Made by a program: the position numbers and the translations under genes
DNA from: Vicugna vicugna
Taxonomy: Eukaryota
Assembly (NCBI GenBank): GCA_013265495.1
Contig: MU058824.1
Location: 3,933,111-3,997,110 of the forward strand
Direction of reading: 5' to 3'
Length of the DNA stretch: 64,000 nucleotides
In this document: positions 61,190-64,000 of the stretch, one piece after another
Numbering within the stretch: the first letter of the stretch is position 1
Layout: the number at the start of each line of letters is the position of its first letter
The notes under the pieces: model-generated
Seen by the model: only the letters and a program-made list of their open reading frames with translations
Told to the model about the DNA's origin: nothing
Database searches by the model: none

Positions 61190-61640
61190 TCTAGTGCAGG
61201 AAAGAATATGGACTTTGGAGCCTGTCATGCCTGGTTCAAATCCAATGTACTTATAAGTTTTATGACCTAGAGAGTTATTAGTTTGCCTTTATGAGCCTTA
61301 GCCTTCTTCTCTGTAAAACAGGATACCACCTCACTTGCAGATTTAAAACTAAATGAGTTAATGTGTATAATACATACTGTGTTGATTTCAAAACATTTAT
61401 CTAAATCAGAGGTCAGCAAACTTTTTCTGTAAGTACTGTTTTGCAGGTCATATGTTGTCAAAACTACTCAACACTACCACCGCAGCATAAAAATAGACAA
61501 TATGAGCTATTCTATATTGGCTGTGCTCCAATAAAACTTTATCCAAAAAGGCTACAGGGTAGCCCACAACCCATAGTTTGCTGACTTTCGATACAAATCA
61601 TCCAGTGTAGCATCTGGCATGCAGTAGGTGCTCAAAACCT
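61190..61640 (+). mobile_element. MIR SINE interrupted by MER58
   Basis: gtgcaggaaagaatatggactttggagcc...cctggttcaaatcc; tail ctggcatgcagtaggtgctcaa resumes after 61598. Confidence 0.75.
61407..61590. mobile_element. MER58A-like hAT-Charlie MITE
   Basis: TIRs cagaggtcagcaaac / gtttgctgactttcg; ggctgtgctccaataaaacttta; TSD atctaaat / atacaaat. Confidence 0.85.
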
Positions 61641-62689
61641 GATGGCTACTAAGACCATTGCTTTATTTCTCCCTATTACAGCCAACAAACACAATCTTCT
61701 ATTGCTCCTGTGACTTTCACCATCCTATCATTCCCAATTTCCAAAATATTCAACACTACCTAAAATGCTGCTGTAAAAGTTTCTGCAGTCATTCTACTCC
61801 CAACATTCAAACAACTGATTATCTTCCACAGTGTGACTGGACCTCAGATGCTAAGGTAGACAGGAGCTTCAGGGCTATTGGTTCGGTTCAGTACTTAAAT
61901 CCCTTCTTTGATCACAAATGGTTGTCAAACAGGTCTGAACACCTCCAATGTCAGAAAACCACTGTATTTCTAAGTGTCCTTTCTCTTGTCGGGTAGCTTG
62001 AAGTTTTTCTGAAAGCTCTTCATTGTGAGCTGAAGTTCAATTATGGCTCAACTTTCTAAGTATATACTGAGTCCCTACTATATTCCAGACACTACTACAC
62101 ACAGGGGACACAGAGAAGAAGGAGAAAGACTTTATGACAGACCTTCAAGTATTTGAGGAAAATGCCCTAAGTGTTCTCCAGGTTCCAAACTCCCAATTCA
62201 ACAATTCCTCACAGATTCCTTCATCATTCCTTCATACTGCCTTCCTCTGCACATAAAATTCACACATGCCCTACAAAGAACCCCAGGTATGGCTGGACAG
62301 TGGAGAATGCAGCCCATATACCACAATGCAGATTTAGTTTGGTGTCAACAACCCAAGCTATATTTGCCTCTGGGGAACTAATCCAATCTCATTTACTTAA
62401 CTCACACCTCTACCTCTCTTAATTTTCCAAATGGTTCTATAGAATTAGAGGTAAGTGGTAGGTTTTGGAAGACATGGCAACCATTAACATTTTATTTTCC
62501 TTAAAGTAAAGCAAGATTCAGCCTAAATAGCAGTCAGGGTACCTATTTTTACTTGATCTAGCCTGATGGGCAGTAGAATTAATAACACCATTTCTAGACT
62601 GAATTGATCCCCAAAAAAGATTTTTTAAATTTTTAAAATTTTAAAGTAAATATACTAAAAACTTCAATTGAAGAATTGCAGTTGTCAGA

Positions 62690-62839
62690 CCAGATGTTTA
62701 GAAAAGAAAACAGAATAGAAAATAGTATCACTTACAGTAAGGTTAAGTAGTTATTTCATAAATACGTTGATGCGTTGGAGCCCAAAGTAAAATATGCTTC
62801 TTACTATGGTTCATGGTCAAAAGTGTTTGAGAATCACTG
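62690..62839 (-). mobile_element. hAT-Charlie fragment (Charlie4-like)
   Basis: gtaaaatatgcttcttactatggttcatggtcaaaagtgtttgagaatcactg terminus. Confidence 0.6.
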
Positions 62840-62900
62840 CTCCAGGCCATGTCATCTGCCACAGGAATAGAAGAGTAATCTTCTCTTATGTTTTATAAAA

Positions 62901-63755
62901 ATAGATCAAATGGACTTTAGAAAATTTAAAATTTTTGTTCTTCAAAAGACACCATCAAGAAAGTGAAAAAGACAACAGACAGAATGAGGGAAAAAAAGAG
63001 CAAATCATGTATTTGATAAGGGACTTATAGCTAGAACTACAGAATTCTTACAACTCAACAATAAAAAGACAAACAACCCAATTAAAAAGGGGCAAAGGAC
63101 CTAAATAGATATTTCTCAAAAAAAGATGTGCAAAAGGCCAATAAGCACATGAAAAGATGCTCAACATCCTCAGTCGTTAGGGAAAAGTAAACCAAAACCA
63201 CAATGAGATACCACTTTACACAATTTCACAGGGCTAAAATAAGAGACAGACAATATCAAATGTTAGAAAGTGGGAAAAGTAGAATCCTCACACATTGCTA
63301 GTAGGATCATAAAATGGTGAGCAGTTTGTCAGTTTCTCAAAATGTTAGATGACTCAGCAATTCCATTCCTCGACATATACCCAAGAGAACTGAATGCCAG
63401 TGTCCACACAAAAATTTGCACACAAATATTCATAACAGCATAATAGCCAAGAAGTGGGAACAACCCAAATACCCATCAACTGATAAATGGATAAATAAAA
63501 TGATATATCCATACAATGAAATATTCTTCAGATGCAAAATAGAATGAAGTACTGAAATACGCTGATTGCCAGGGAGGCGAGGGTTAGGGTGTGGAATGGG
63601 TACAGGGCGTCTCTTTCAGGTCATGAAAATGTTCTAAAATTAGATTGTGGTGATGGTTGCACAAATGTGAATATACTTAAAACCACTGAATTGTACACTT
63701 TAAAGAGGATAATTTTATAGTATGTGAATTATATTTCAGTAAAGCTGTTATAAAA
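62901..63755 (+). mobile_element. L1 ORF2 end plus 3' UTR (L1MB/L1ME-like)
   Basis: gccaataagcacatgaaaagatgctcaacatc...aaaccacaatgagataccact...atgttctaaaattagattgtggtgatggttgcaca...tatgtgaattatatttcagtaaagctgt. Confidence 0.92.
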
Positions 63756-63759
63756 CACT

Positions 63760-64000
63760 TCAAATCCCTTGACAGCTCTCCTTTACCAAAACAGTTTTGT
63801 GGAGCATTCAGTTTCCTTCAAGCGCTTTCATCACATATTTCCAGCCAAACTTTCAACCCTCATCTCCTGCTATTTTCCCCTTCACCACTTTCTGCCTCCA
63901 CCCTAAAGACACAATGCCACTTTATAATTCCATGCCTTTGCACATATTATTCTTGCTGCCAAGAATGTCATATTGTCTTCTCTCTCTATTGAACTCCTAT
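63760..64000 (+). mobile_element. L2 fragment running off the window
   Basis: catgcctttgcacatattattcttgctgccaagaatg L2 motif. Confidence 0.55.

Noticed and set aside
1..64000. CRISPR array, prokaryotic operon, intact provirus or processed pseudogene
   Set aside because: No regularly spaced repeats, no long ORFs, no paired LTRs around gag/pol, and no polyA/TSD-bounded mRNA-like segment recognised.

Overview
Mammalian non-coding genomic DNA, most likely camelid (alpaca, llama or camel). The evidence is three tRNA-Ala(AGC)-derived SINEs matching the camelid vic-1 pattern and a cetartiodactyl-type L1 3' tail. I find no credible protein-coding exon, functional RNA gene or CRISPR-like array; the six-frame ORFs look like chance or repeat-derived frames. 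Much of the window is fossil interspersed repeat: MIR, L2, CR1/L3, L1, MaLR/MLT1 and probable Gypsy-like LTRs, and hAT and TcMar DNA transposons, often nested. Between the repeats lie an orphan CpG island (~29.25-29.87 kb) and several repeat-free blocks dense in homeodomain, PBX-HOX, MEIS, SOX and FOX motifs (strongest ~48.0-48.8 kb). This architecture suggests a developmental gene desert or large intron acting as an enhancer landscape, but the target gene cannot be identified from this window. The more unusual local structures are a vic-1/MIR chimera joined at the shared Pol III B-box, a pair of palindromic MER53 MITEs (one with a foreign 85 bp loop insert), and still-readable Tc2/pogo transposase and CR1 reverse-transcriptase peptide fossils. 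I cannot support a claim of a new biological system. Repeat subfamily names come from remembered consensus sequences and need Dfam/RepeatMasker confirmation; most boundaries are approximate.
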